In this document: positions 25,441 to 38,450 of the stretch, one piece after another
Position numbering within the stretch: the stretch's first letter is position 1
Layout: the number at the start of each line of letters is the position of its first letter
DNA from: Anolis carolinensis
Lineage: Eukaryota
DNA length: 64,000 nucleotides
NCBI RefSeq assembly: GCF_035594765.1
Contig: NC_085842.1
Coordinates: 132,693,036-132,757,035, forward strand
Direction of reading: 5' to 3'
Made by a program: the position numbers and the translations under genes
Notes under the pieces: model-generated
Databases searched by the model: none
Seen by the model: the letters and a program-made list of their open reading frames with translations, nothing else
Told to the model about the DNA's origin: nothing

Positions 25441-28400
25441 CCACAAAAGATCTTCATATTTGTTGGGTTAAAATGTAGAAAACCTACATTTGTCTACAGT
25501 GGTGGGACTGCCTGAGAGGTACTTTTGTACCTGGCAGCACTGGTGGGATTGGCTGATTGGAGAACCCAAGGGTTGATGGGAGAAACATTGGGAAAACTCC
25601 ACATCCCATACCTCACCCACATGCTGGTGCTTTTTAAAATGAAGTGCCCCTCCCCATTGCACCAGAACACAAGTATACACAGGCAGGAATGAGATTGGGT
25701 CTTTCTGGCTTTGGTTTGATCCCCTTGTTGCAAAGCAAAAATTAATGAAGGAACTGGGAAAGCATTGAGTGAAAGTGTTCCTATCAGGTCTGGAAGTACC
25801 GCTATCTAATTTACTCCTAGAAACAGCAGCAGGGCCAGAGGACCCCATAACAAAATCTATCTATCACTGTCACAACACAGCTAGAACTTCTGCTGCACAG
25901 AATTACACAATCCTTGTTCCGGGAGACCTTTCTGTCCTGCTCAAAATCTTCTCTGCTACTGCTTGGCTAGAAGCCCAGCATCTGCCAATAGTGACAGAGT
26001 TCAAATTACCTGAAAAGAGATTGGCAGAGGTCCAGCTGGAGATTCAATAGATGGCAATGCACATCTTTTGCAACCTTATCCCAAGTTTCTCCAACTAAGT
26101 TTGGTGGGTTTCAGTCAGAGAGCTAATTTACTATTCTGGCTAAAACTGAATTAACAATCAGATAGTTTCCTCCATCACAAACCCTGCTATAACTATAGGC
26201 ATTGTTATTCTATCCATATCCGATAAAATATGTACTCCTGAGGCACTTCCTAGGTCCTCCTGAATGACTCTAGGATACTAGGATATTTTTGGGCCAGGTC
26301 TCCATTTAAACAGGGTTCACTATTATCCATGGTTCTGCATGTCCATGGGAAGTCCAGGAATATATTTTCTCCAGAACATATCCTTCCATGCTCTATAAGT
26401 CTGGTGGTACTATCACAGTCCACCATATAGTAGAGATAGGTACAAATATAATAACAAAATTGGGAACCTTTCTAATAGTAATTGCCTCAGTTTAGGACTT
26501 ACGTCGCTCAACTTGGAGTTTATTGGTGTTATACATCTACTTCCTCCAAATATGGGATAATGAAGTGCACAGGTCGTCTTCCTAACTAGGCACCTTGTGC
26601 ACATTTAAAATTAGGAAGACAATATTCAAAAAGTAGGAAATCACCTCAGATGAACCTTCTGTTTACAACAATGAGTGTTTCCAGATGGATGGTTACTAGA
26701 AGTACAAATCAAAATAAAATGTAGGTTTTATTTCACCTTTTCTTCCTTTATAGTTTGTCTCTTCTTTATGTGTATGTGGGGGAAAAATTGACAGAAAGTA
26801 GTAAGAAAACCTGCAAGGGTTTCAAGTGGAAGATGTCACCTGGTCCCCATGTAAAATTCTGTTTATGAGGCAAGTCAGTTACACAATGAAAACCACAACT
26901 AGCAGCACCCAAGGGTTTTATTATGGATCGGTTTTGCATATCCCACAAGCACCCTAAAATAGCTTCTTTCACTTCAGAAAGTGACACATGCATACCTCCT
27001 TCCCAACCTTCCTTTCCTTTGGCACAAGCAGAATATTGATTCCTGGCAACTCCTGCATATCTGACGTGGGAAAATTAAAGGGAACAAGAGAGCTGTCACT
27101 TGGATGAAGGGCAAATTCAGCTCCACCATAGGTAAAGATGTTGAATAATTCAGTCTCTACAGCCCCGACATTGCCATGGGGAACAATCAGAACAGCAGCA
27201 TGCTCTACTCTGCTGAAGTGCAAAGCTTCTTGGTTTCACATGTCAGCCTTTGTGCTGGTTCCACATCTCTGATTCTAGTTAAAACTTCTCTAGCATAACC
27301 AGCGGCACCATTCAAAGGCCTCAGTTGGGGTAGCACTTTGGAGAATTGCTCATCCATAAGTGAAAATGACTTGTTTATTAAGAGTTAATTGTCATCTTAC
27401 ATGGAAAATGACATCAGCACTCCCTACTTTTTCCAGATTGTCCTGAGATGCTAATGATAAGAGGTGGCACAGTAGGTTATACCCTTGTGCTGGATGAACT
27501 GATGACTTCAAGGACTTTTTAAATCAAATACATTGAGCCCATTTTGAACCAACAGGGTTTAAGGAAAGGTATGGAAATGCAAAAATGGAGGAGCCCAAGT
27601 AGAAGTGAAGAGTAAAAGAAGAAGGAAAGGAATGAGCAAACCCAGTATTCCTTGCCTACTAAAACCTTATAAAATTTATTGTGTCTCTATAAGTTGATAG
27701 GCAACTTGAAGGTGTACACCCACATACATACACAAACATACACTCAAGCCTTGAAAAATTACTTTTTGGACTACATCTCCCATAATACCCAACATATTAG
27801 CTGATTAATTCTGGGAGATGAAGTATAAAAGTAACACTTCTATGTTTTGAAAAAGATGGACTTCACAAGAGAAAGAAAACCATAAATGATGCTATTGCAA
27901 ATTATCTTTTCCTGTCTCCACAGAAAGACAGTCACTGGGCTCCTCACTGGGGTTCTGTATCAGCTATGATTAATCTTTTAGTACTGCAGAGACAAAAAGT
28001 ATTCCCTAGCTCTATGCTTTAAAGTTGTGTGTTCTTTAAATTCTATAAACCAAACAGGTTCTACAAAATATGTTTTTAAATTATACTCACATTAAGCCAA
28101 TTTATTTACATCTATTTTGTCAGAATAATTATATTAATAAAATATTCTTATTGTGAATCTGGGTAGTTTCATAGAAGATTCTGAACAGATATAATACAAA
28201 AAAGAAGTACTGTCACATCAGGAAAATAATGCAGTAGGTACAGGTCTTTAAGGGTGCAATTACTGACCCAAAGTATGTGATAACTGCCCTTTCATTTTCA
28301 GTTTTCCCTTCCTAATTTATGGGAAGAAACTGCTCTTTAATTTAGAAATGGGGAAGAAAGTCAAGATTCTATTATACATTACCAGATATTGCCTTATACC

Positions 28401-30035
28401 GTTCAAGGGGAGGTGATATAGCCAAGGCATTTTCTGAATTATTAAGATATATTGGTGCCATCCATCTATTTCATTTGGAATGGAACTGTCTTGGATATCA
28501 TAACTTTGCACTATGGTTTCTCCAGAGTTGCACAAAATATTATTTCTCCTTATCTTTTAAAATTACAACACACATTAGTTAGGATAATAAGAACCCTAGA
28601 GTGGGGAGGCAATTCATGTAGCCCAGGATCTCCAAATACCTGCTGAAGTCCCCAGCAGGCAGAATGGAGGTGGTTGTCTCATGTTGTTTCTCCCTAGCAT
28701 TTGCTCCAGCAACACAGTCATGTTTAGACCTATAAAAATGTTACCAAAGAAAGCTACATTTCAGAATCAATATGACTCTTCCGTATTTAGTTCCTTTCAG
28801 ATGAATTGCTCTACACCTCACATGTCTTACATATGCCACTCGAATATACCAGCATAGCCAATGCAGAATATATACATATCTAGAGTTTACAACCATGAGG
28901 TCACGAAGAGTCAGAAACGACTGAACGAATAAAGAAGAAGAAGTTGTCAAACATGTCCTTCCATGGAAATATTATTGTTGGAAGCAGGACGGGCTTCCCC
29001 TTGTGAAACTGTCACAGGCAAGCTAAGTGGGAATTAAAGGACTTGGCTCATTTCCCTAAACAACCCTAAATCAAAATTTAAAGATCTTGGACATCCAGGA
29101 AAAAGGGAACCTGGCCCTTGAGTCAGGTGACTTAAGGTTGGGAGCTAAATGACGTAATTCCTGCAAAAAAGAGGAATAACCTTCTCTCCACTTCATCACA
29201 TTCATTAAATAATACTGAGCCACCTGCTTAAGAAATGGCAACCTATTGTGTTCATCACATGACATAAGCTTCAAGTGCAGGGAAGGGATATCTTGGTGTT
29301 TACAAAGGGTTGCAAAGGGTTATATTTTCAGATGCTTTCTGAGCTGGTTGGCAAGTGACTTTTTTGGAAATTATCCAGAGAGATGAGCAAAATGGCCAAT
29401 TCCGTCATGTGACAGTATTCATCGTTCTCAACTTTAAAATGATAGTTACGCAATTTGTGGGAGGAGCCAAAATACCCCTTTGAGAAAAAGCACCACCATT
29501 ACCTTTTGCTCACAGAGGGAAGATTGGCAGTATATAGTGTTCCTTTCTGGGGGCCTTCCTCCCGTGTGTTGTGTGTGCCATGTGTTACCTTTCTCCTCCT
29601 CTCCTTCCTTCCCTCTTTCCTTCTTACTTCCAACACGGGGAAGGAGAGAGAGAGAGAAGGATCATTGAGAAACAAGAGAAAAATGTGCTATAGCAGGATG
29701 TCCCTCCTGCAAAGACAAAGTTTTTGCAGTTTAATAAACTTTTCCTATGTGTTTATGATAGAACCAATTAGGAAATGACATTTATAACCCAGGAACAAAA
29801 ATCATAGTCCAGGAGAAGAGATATTTCTTTTCACAAAGAAAACAGGGGCGGGGCGGGGAAGAAACAACTCTCTACAATGTGATGGCAAATCAATTGAGAA
29901 TTCCTGAATAAATCAGATAGTTTGCTAGTGTGTGATGGAGGTAGGAAAATTATCCATTTAATTTCAAACCATATGCCTGAACTGTATGGTAAACCTACAC
30001 TTACAAACACTTGACATGTTCAATGGGATTAAGTA

Positions 30036-30113
30036 CAGGGTGTTTGAAAAAGAACTCCCTATTCACCATTTAAATTAAATGGTGAATAGGGAGTTCTTTT
30101 ATCAAACACCCTG
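30036..30113. mobile_element. 78-bp near-perfect hairpin mariner-type MITE
   Basis: Arms CAGGGTGTTTGA(T)AAAAGAACTCCCTATTCACCATTTA inverted with a single indel; TA on both sides. Confidence 0.85.
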
Positions 30114-30484
30114 TATTATGTCAAAGTTGTAGCAAGATCTGAGATGTCACAAGTTCCCATCAAATTATTTCAAACAATGATTTCACTGCTCTACATCTTG
30201 AAAGCTCGTGGAATCTAAAGAAATGGAAAGGACCTCAAGGTCCACTTGTCCAGCCCTGTCATATAGCAACACACAAGCACAGCACCCTGAAAGATGCCCA
30301 CCCATCCAATATTTACAGACTTCCAAAGAAGGAGTGGCTACCACCTTCCAAGGCAGTTAGTCCCCTTGAGTGAATTTGAAGTCCACTGACTATGCATCTC
30401 CTTGGATTGAAAGATGAGAAAATGCTATTATAACACAAAGGGACAAGTTGAAAGTGGCCAGAACTAAGCTAGTCTGAAGGCGAC

Positions 30485-30490
30485 TTTATT
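30485..30490 (-). terminator. Poly(A) signal AATAAA of SPATA20 (short 3'UTR)
   Basis: tttatt on the + strand about 95 nt beyond the stop codon. Confidence 0.65.
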
Positions 30491-30583
30491 GAGAGGGCCA
30501 AGTAGCTAAATGGTGCCTTATTAAATGTAGGGGTCTCTTTCCTCTTGATCACTGAAATGCAAGGGGCACAAAGCATGGCATCC

Positions 30584-30754
30584 TCAGGACAGCAACAAAC
30601 AGCGCAACTCTTGGCTCGAAGTGACAGGCAAGGAGCAGGCAAAGTTCTCACACAGATAAGCGGTAGCTTTCCCATTTTTCTTCTCTAGAGACGAGAGGAA
30701 GCCAAGCTGCTGGTATGGGAATCCTGTTGTGTTCCCGTCAGCAAAAATCAGCAC
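30584..30754 (-). CDS. SPATA20: SPATA20 terminal coding exon: [56 protein letters not shown]
   Basis: tttcag acceptor, 57 codons ending in TGA; ATAY.CEN.ACS.P.T C-terminal motif of SPATA20. Confidence 0.93.
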   Translation of the reverse strand: MLIFADGNTTGFPYQQLGFLSSLEKKNGKATAYLCENFACSLPVTSSQELRCLLLS

Positions 30755-31059
30755 CTGAAACAGAGAGGAAAACTGTTATAGTAATGCAATATTATACAAA
30801 TATGCATGCACACATAACAATACAGCCATGGGTGAGATGTCATCTATGGAAAAATGGAGTTAATCAGACTGGTTGAATTTGTAATTCTTATTTTACACCA
30901 CAGTATATTATTTTGGATTATAGTTAAGACAAAATCCATTTTTACCCATCCCATGCAGCATAAATTAATTTTGTTAGTTAACCTGAGTTAAACCCTCAGG
31001 GGTTTCTCACATCAATCCTCTGGCACCTCTACAATAGATGGACTCTCTTGCTCACTGCT

Positions 31060-31604
31060 TGTGACACAGAGTATTTGATGTTCAACCAGTGAAATAATGA
31101 GACCACACCAAAACATTGGGTAAAACATGTCATCTTTATTGAGCTAGTTATTGTAACTGTGAACCAGAGATATCAAAAACCAAAAAGGGACAGAGAATAT
31201 ACTGATGTGGAAAAGGTGGCAGCACAGGTATCCTCTTAAACCTCCCCACCACCTAACTTGGGCAAAGACACCTGAGCTCCAAGAAAAACCCAAACTTGGT
31301 TCACTCCCCAGACCTCCCGCATTTGGAAGCCTTCTCTGAGGATCTCTCCTTCCCGGGTCCCAAGCCCCCAAAGTCAGGGGAGTAAGCCTCAGGGTCACTC
31401 CGAAGAAGAGTCTCTACCCTCCCCTCCCTAGTCCCAAGACTTAAACAAGTGATTCAAGAGGACTCCCTCCCACCCTGCATGGGTGTTCATCAATTTCCAT
31501 ATTAACAAAAACCTGCCAATGACCAAAAACTAATCACAGACCACACCCAAAACCAATCCTCAGTCCCCAGCTCACAGTGTGGGGTAGACAAAATAATCCT
31601 TCAT
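31060..31604 (-). mobile_element. Probable solo LTR
   Basis: + strand begins TGTGACAC; AATAAA on the minus strand at 31135-31140; other end is degenerate and abuts CR1. Confidence 0.4.
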
Positions 31605-31609
31605 AAATA

Positions 31610-32198
31610 GGGGTATAACATCAAGATCCAGGGAAGTCATGCTCCCCCTCTATTCTGCCTTGGTCAGACCACACCTGGAATACTGTGTCCAATTCTGGGC
31701 ACCACAATTGAAGGGAGATGTTGACAAGCTGGAAAGCGTCCAGAGGAGGGCAACTAAAATGATCAAGGGTCTGAAGAACAAGCCCTATGATGAGCGGCTT
31801 AAAGAACTAGGCATGTTTAGCCTGCAGAAGAGAAGGCTGGGAGGAGACATGATAGTCATGTATAAATACGTGAAGGGAAGTCATAGGGAGGAGGGAGCAA
31901 GCTTGTTTTCTGCTGCCCTGCAGACTAGGATGCGGAACAATGGCCTCAAACTACAGGAAAGGAGATTCCACCTGAACATCAGGAAGAACTTCCTCACTGT
32001 GAGGGCTGTTCGGCAGTGGAACTCTCTCCCCTGAATTGTGGTGGAGACTCCTTCTTTGGAGGCTTTTAAGCAGAGGCTGTATGGCCATTTGTCGGGGGTG
32101 CTTTGAATGCGATTTCCTGCTTCTTGGCAGAGGGTTGGACTGGATGGCCCATGAGGTCTCTTCCAACTCTACTCTTCTATGATTCTATGATTCTATGA
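31610..32198 (+). mobile_element. CR1 LINE 3' end
   Basis: [19 protein letters not shown]...VQRRATKMI...WNSLP; (ATTCTATG)n octamer tail. Confidence 0.95.
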
Positions 32199-35100
32199 AA
32201 ATATCCTCTGCAAGTTCAATTAGATATTTCCCTCTTTCATTTTTTGTTTTGAAATGACTTTCTGCATCAGTAGCATTACTCGCACACTTTCTGTTGGTTA
32301 GTTATCTTTTCAATAAAGGCTTTAAAGACTAGCTTCTTTTTTAAAAAAAATAGTGTACTCTCATAAGAAAAAATAAGAAAAAAACGATAATAATTAGTCA
32401 CTCTGTGGGGAATAGGAATTGGCTATGGGGCAACCCATGAATAACTCCACAAACAAAAAGCAATTACAGACAATAGTTATGAGAAGAAAGCTTCTAATCC
32501 AAGACTCAGTAGTCTTGAAAAGCCTCCACATGATTTTGAATACATATGTTGAACAGAATGACAATACATTTAAACAGAAAAAAAATGCTACAAATCATTC
32601 TGAAAATATTCAAAAAGGCAACACACACAAAAAAAAACCAGGATGCCATGCACTGGCCACAGCGGAAGGGTTACTCATACAAAATGAGTGAACAAAGGAC
32701 AGTAATTCCACACCAAACAGTCTGTGTAGAACTCAGAGTATTTGGGATGGAAGATATTGCTCCAGTGCAGTCATTTCAGCTAGATGATTTCCAGATCCTT
32801 CCCAGTCATAGAGTTCTGACAATGCCTGCAAAGACTTTTTGGAACAACCAGCAGCTTCTCCCACAATTCCTTTGTTCACTCAAAGGAACAAGCAGCATAA
32901 ACAAAACAACAGTCTTTAGCAGCTGGGGGAAAGGAGGGGGTTGAATTCAGGACATCCCACAGCACCACCTGTTTTTGGTACTGAGAGTCTTCATAGCTAT
33001 CAACTCAAATATGAGGTGAAGAACTTAGCTCAAGGCAATGAAGCCTGGGGAGATTGCTTTTTGCAAGTTGTTACCCGGAATATTAGACTCTGTAATATTC
33101 TAGTAGGAGCTCAACCATGTAAACAAACTCATGGTATTCCCCTGGATCAACATTCATTGATGGGGAGATTCTAGACAGAAGGAGAAGAGTCACATGTGAC
33201 TCATTCAAGCAGGTCTCTTTTCAGCCAACCTCTGGGCCACATGATCTGGAGCTGCGAAGTAGTTTGGGGAAAGGACGCCTTTGCTCCTGACCTTTCTATA
33301 CCCTTCCTCCCTTCAACCCCATCTGTGCCACAACTAAGCTGTGATCAACACAATGCTGTCACCAACCCCTCTGGTCCAGAAGACTTCAAAGATGACACTC
33401 TAATTGAACTCAAATGGCATTAATTACTTTTATATCATGACAGCTTCCTTCACACGTGTAGAATCCATAGCCTGAGTTTAAGTCTCATCTCAAATCCTAG
33501 CCAGCACTGCTGCTCTCCTACTGTTGGAGAGCTCAAGACTATGCGAGAAGCTGAACCATAAATGAAACTGCTGGTCTTCTGGATCTGCTGCCTGCAGAGA
33601 ATGAGCCTGACATAAACTAGTTTTATCGTGTACACCATATACCAGAACTGGAGAATTGTATTGGTCTTGAGTAAGACCAACTGGAGGATCAGGTGATGTT
33701 CGTCCCATTATCCACATCAAATTTAATGTCACCAAATGCTCTCTCAACAATTACCAGTATTTTACCTTCTTCCATGCAAATGCAGAAAGAATATCGCACA
33801 TACCCTCTTCCATTATGAATCCCTACGGCAGAAATCTGCAGGACACATGCATGAATCTGGCAGGACGCTTCCACACCCCACTACTACTACTTCAATAAAG
33901 GGTCAAGATTTCATCACTGTATTATTATTTCCATAATAGCAATGCTAAAATGCAATCTCAGAAGTCATGGCTTCAGAAAAGAATTTGTCAGCTTCCCCAT
34001 CTCAGGTTTAACTCCACCTGCTTGCTAGCTCTTTGTACTGTGTCAACCTTGGTGCTTTCAAAAGTACAGTCTCTATAAACATTCTCAGATTGCTCAGTGT
34101 TTGCCGCATTCTTCAAAGGCAGGACTCTTACATCTTAAATGCTTCTGCATTTGTCCCTCTTCCCCCCTCATCTTGTCCTTTTAGGGACATGTGAACTGTA
34201 ATTGAATTACACCTGGTTGCTTCTCTAAATACTTTTTCCCTGGTGTAAACTCTCTCCGTTTGACAGCTTCCCTACTGACAAGAGCCTTCTTTCATTATAT
34301 TCCCAAATTCATCTCACACCTGGAAAAAGCCCCATGTCTTCTCCTATGCAAACACACACACAGCCCACTTGCTCTTTCACTCCAGTGATGTTTCAAACGG
34401 GGGCCGTCTGGGTGTTTTCTAGGCCATCAAAGCTGCAGAGGCGCCTGCCGCAGTCATCAGGTCACCCCTGTTAGAAATCCTCTCTAATCATGCCTGAGAA
34501 ATGAACGTCTGCAGTGCTAATTAATTTTTACAATACAGAAATTATTATTAGCTCCCTTGGGTCCTGGGTGTTAATAGAAAGTGCACCAAGATGAAACTTG
34601 TCAAGAGCGAGGTTTAGTTACCTTTGTTCAAGGTGTAAAACACAACAGGCCAAGTGGATATCACAGAGGATGGGAGATACACTAAGCACTTCTGTCATTG
34701 CAAGACAAAGAACTTCTCTCTGTGTGTCAGGTGCACACATGCACACACGCACTGACCATCAGGCTACTTTATTGGGGAAGGAAAAAATAAGTGGAAATGG
34801 GAATTAGAAGTGTAGAAAACTACAATGATAGTTCTGCAGTGTGTGTTGGCATGCATGCAGACAAATACTCCCTTATAAATACCCACATGCAATCCATTAA
34901 AAAACAAAAATATACTCAGTCCTATTATTATATTAAGAAAGAGCATTCCCCCATAGCAGATGCCAAGAAAAAGGAAGGTGACCTGTCATTTCTGTGAAGC
35001 ATCATCAGGTTGGAATTGGAAGTATGATGAATTAGACACAAGCTCCCTCTAGCGAGGGGAGGATTATAAGGATTCTGGATACTTTCAGAAGATGTTTATA

Positions 35101-37669
35101 TGCTCTAGCAGCCTATAATCCTTCTGTTCTAGAAAGTCAGGTGATATTAGAAAGCCAATCTTGTACTGCAGACTGATAAAGAGCTCCGAGAACTATTACC
35201 ATCCCTCAGCTCTACCCAGTGGTCACCGAGAGAAACCATCACTCAAGACAGCAATGTTAAGCGCCCTGCCTACCTGCCTGTTACTTGTGCAAGGGACTTG
35301 CTCTCATACTTGTCAGCTGTCAACTGGCCAGTAAACAAGGGATCAATTTACAAAATGGCGTTCTTACAGATTATGGTGGGTGGTACAAGCAGCTTAAGAT
35401 AGGTACTAGCAACTTAAGACATTGCTTTCTCTGCTAGCACAAAGAATAAATGTGACTGGAAATATATTCTGTACTCTGTGTATTTACTGAATCTGCACAA
35501 ATAAATATAGATTTGGGTGAAACAATTATACTTGCCTCATCACCAGAAGCAACCTCAGTGTTAATCACAACTGTATCTACTTAATATCATTGGGAAAAGT
35601 TAATAATACAAATCCACTTCCCATTTGGTTATAGATAATAGCATATTACATGTATTTAAAGAAATGTTTGACACTCACCCTTCTTTTCCTAAGACAGCAA
35701 CAGCATTTGCCGCCTCAACCCACATTTTTGAAAAAGCTTTCATTCTAACCCAACATATCTACATATTTCCAAATAGTACCTATATTCTCAACCAGCATTT
35801 GGCCTATACACATTTTTTCTTCTAATTTTAAGAAAGGCAAAAAAAAATCATAGTCAGAATTACCCAGGCAGTGATATAACCTTAAAAGTTAACTTTAGGT
35901 CTCAAAGACTCCCTTGATAAACTCTACTGCCATGACCTGCCCTATCATGCATACTTTGCCTTTCCAGTAGTTTTCCTTCATACCTGCTGCCTGACACCTG
36001 ACCTGTCTGACAATGGCCAGAATCATCTCTTAATTTTCTTTGACAATTCCTTTTGATTCCCTCTCTAAAGGAGTCTCTTCTTGACACAACTGATCTGTTT
36101 CAATCAGAGCCACTCAAGCCTGGCCATACAGTCCTCCTGTGGGCCATCCATTTGGCTGGCACAATCTCCCTGGTGCATTCAACCCATCTTCAGGACAGCT
36201 ATGACCCCAACCCACCCATCTCTACCATATTTCCTTTATTACATTTTGGTCTGTCAGTCTCTCTCTGGTTCATTTTATCTTGAATTCTAGGAGTGATTAA
36301 TTACTAATTCATGTCCAACCTGAAATGCATTAATTCCTTTCTTGCAGTCTCCCTGAGGTCCTCTTGCTCAAACAGGATAAAGGAAAGCCAGGGCATTAGC
36401 ACTCCATGGACAAAGGAGATAATGAAATCCTCCATAATTACCCCTAGGCCATTAGCAGGGCAGAGAAAAATAAACCAGAAAGCAAACTCAAGGCAAAAGC
36501 AAAGTCCAGTCTCTTAAGATTCTGTGTCTGAATGGGGCATGATATAAAAACACAAGTCTGTGGTTTTGAAGGACAAGGAATGTCTAGATGAGAGCAACAC
36601 TGAGTCTTCTCGATTTCAGCACTCAACTTTTGAACTTACTGAAGGGATTGTGGGGAAATCACCACGTATGAAGAATATTTACATTTTGACCATTTCCAGC
36701 AGTTATTTTATTTCTTTGATGGAAGCCTCTTCTCCTTTTCATTCTTCTCTTCCCTCCCCATTCATAGCCTCATTTGTTATCACATTGACATCTAATCCAA
36801 GCAGCTGTGGTGATCCAGTTGCCTTTGTTCACAGGCATCCATAGGATCATCATGCCAAATGAAGCATTGTGGTATCAGAGAATTAGACCGCCAAAGCCAA
36901 CAGAATTAAACAGTATTGAGGGTAAATAAGGTTAAGGACTGTGTGGGAAGAAAAGAAAAGAGACGACACTGACAAGAGCAGGAAACAATAATATGAATTT
37001 GTTTTGCAAAGAATGCCAAATACCACCCAAACCAAGACATACATTTCAAAGAAAGGCAGTTTTGCATTAAAATTGGGCTGTATGCAAGTGGTCGGTATAA
37101 GAGAACCTGGGAATCAAGAATTAAGCTGATAAGTCAGAATGAAAGGACCAAGCCAGGAGTTGAGAGCTGGAGGAGGCACAGAAATACATCAGAACCACCA
37201 AGACAACTATCCTCAGAAAAGATTTCAGTCCAAATAGGAAGCGTTTTGTACTCCTTCCAGTCTACCAGAGATCAACAATCAACCTAGCTGGGTGAGGCCA
37301 CCTCAAAGCAAGATAATACTCTGCTGCTTAAGACAGTGCCAAGCCATAATTTTCAAATATGGAACAGTTCAATAAAGAGCCAAAAGATTCTCGGTTCTAG
37401 CCAAGGTGGTTCGTGGCCTTCTAGTTCTGCCTTTAACCAAAAAGTTTTCCAAATTTGCCATTCCTTCCCATCTGGTTTTGTAAGTCTTATTGTCCCCAAC
37501 ATTTGGACCAGAAAATGTAAGAAGCCCTGCACAAAGAAGAAAAACAGAAAAATTGACTCTCGTGCTCTCCTTCTGTTGTAGCTCCAAGAAGTGTTATCTG
37601 ATAAAGTTGGTGTAGCCAATATTACTTTGTCCATATTTCAGAGGTATCCAGAGCGGATAATTTGGGAGA

Positions 37670-37855
37670 CAAAATGGTGACCCTATCAAGGATTTTCTTG
37701 ACAAGATTTGTTTCAGCAGGTCGTTTCTTTTGCCTTCCTCTGATGCTACCAAAGTGTGGCTTGCCCAAAGTCACCCAGTGTACTGCCATGGCTAAAAGGG
37801 AACTCAAACCCTGTCATAGTCCAGAGTCATAGTCCACTACACCACCCTGGCTCTT
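37670..37855 (-). mobile_element. Degraded squamate SINE
   Basis: gacccta..agg.ttttcttg.caagatttg...tgtggcttgcccaaagtcacccagtg...gaactcaaaccc; similar copies at ~48630-48745 and ~50640-50775. Confidence 0.5.
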
Positions 37856-38099
37856 GAAAGAGTTGTGTCCCATGTAATTTTGCTTTCACTTGTTATTTCA
37901 GCCCAGGGAAGCCTTCTAAGTAGGCTCTCTAGTAACAGTTTACATGAATGAGTTCAATTTGCTTTCTCTTTCCAAACCCTAAAATAGGTATCTTTGTGAT
38001 TGCTAGTTCCTTTTCACCCCAAGCAGAATATTGCTGTTTTGGTTTTATGTGAGAGAATTCATTACTGGAATCACCCAGTTGATTACATACATCCTGGCA

Positions 38100-38450
38100 G
38101 CCCCCCTCAATGGATTGTCACCTTGACGTGGTGAGGGGGCTTGGTGTTCCAATGAACCTGCGGGCCCAACCACGGGAGTAACACACTCCCTGGAGTGGCC
38201 ACAGGAGAGGATCCAGACCAAGAACAATCTGAAGACCCAAAGACCTCAACAGCGGAGCAGGCAGAGGATAACATGGTACATGTTACAACGGCTGTGAAGG
38301 CGGAAGAAGGCTACAACAGACTGAGAAGCCACTCTCATTGTGTTAATCACACCACTGCTGGTACCTCAATCTATGAAGACTGTGTGTTGACCGGCCGTGC
38401 ACTGACCTCCACACATTAAAAAAAATCACACACAGGTGTCTTCCAAGAAA
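38100..38450 (+). mobile_element. Probable RTE-clade 5' UTR fragment
   Basis: caccttgacgtggtgagggggcttg...aatgaacc resembles RTE 5' leaders; no RT sequence follows. Confidence 0.4.

Noticed and set aside
1-30400. Expected CACNA1G first exon downstream of SPATA20 (mammalian synteny)
   Set aside because: I found no CpG island or CACNA1G-like N-terminal peptide; it probably lies outside the window.
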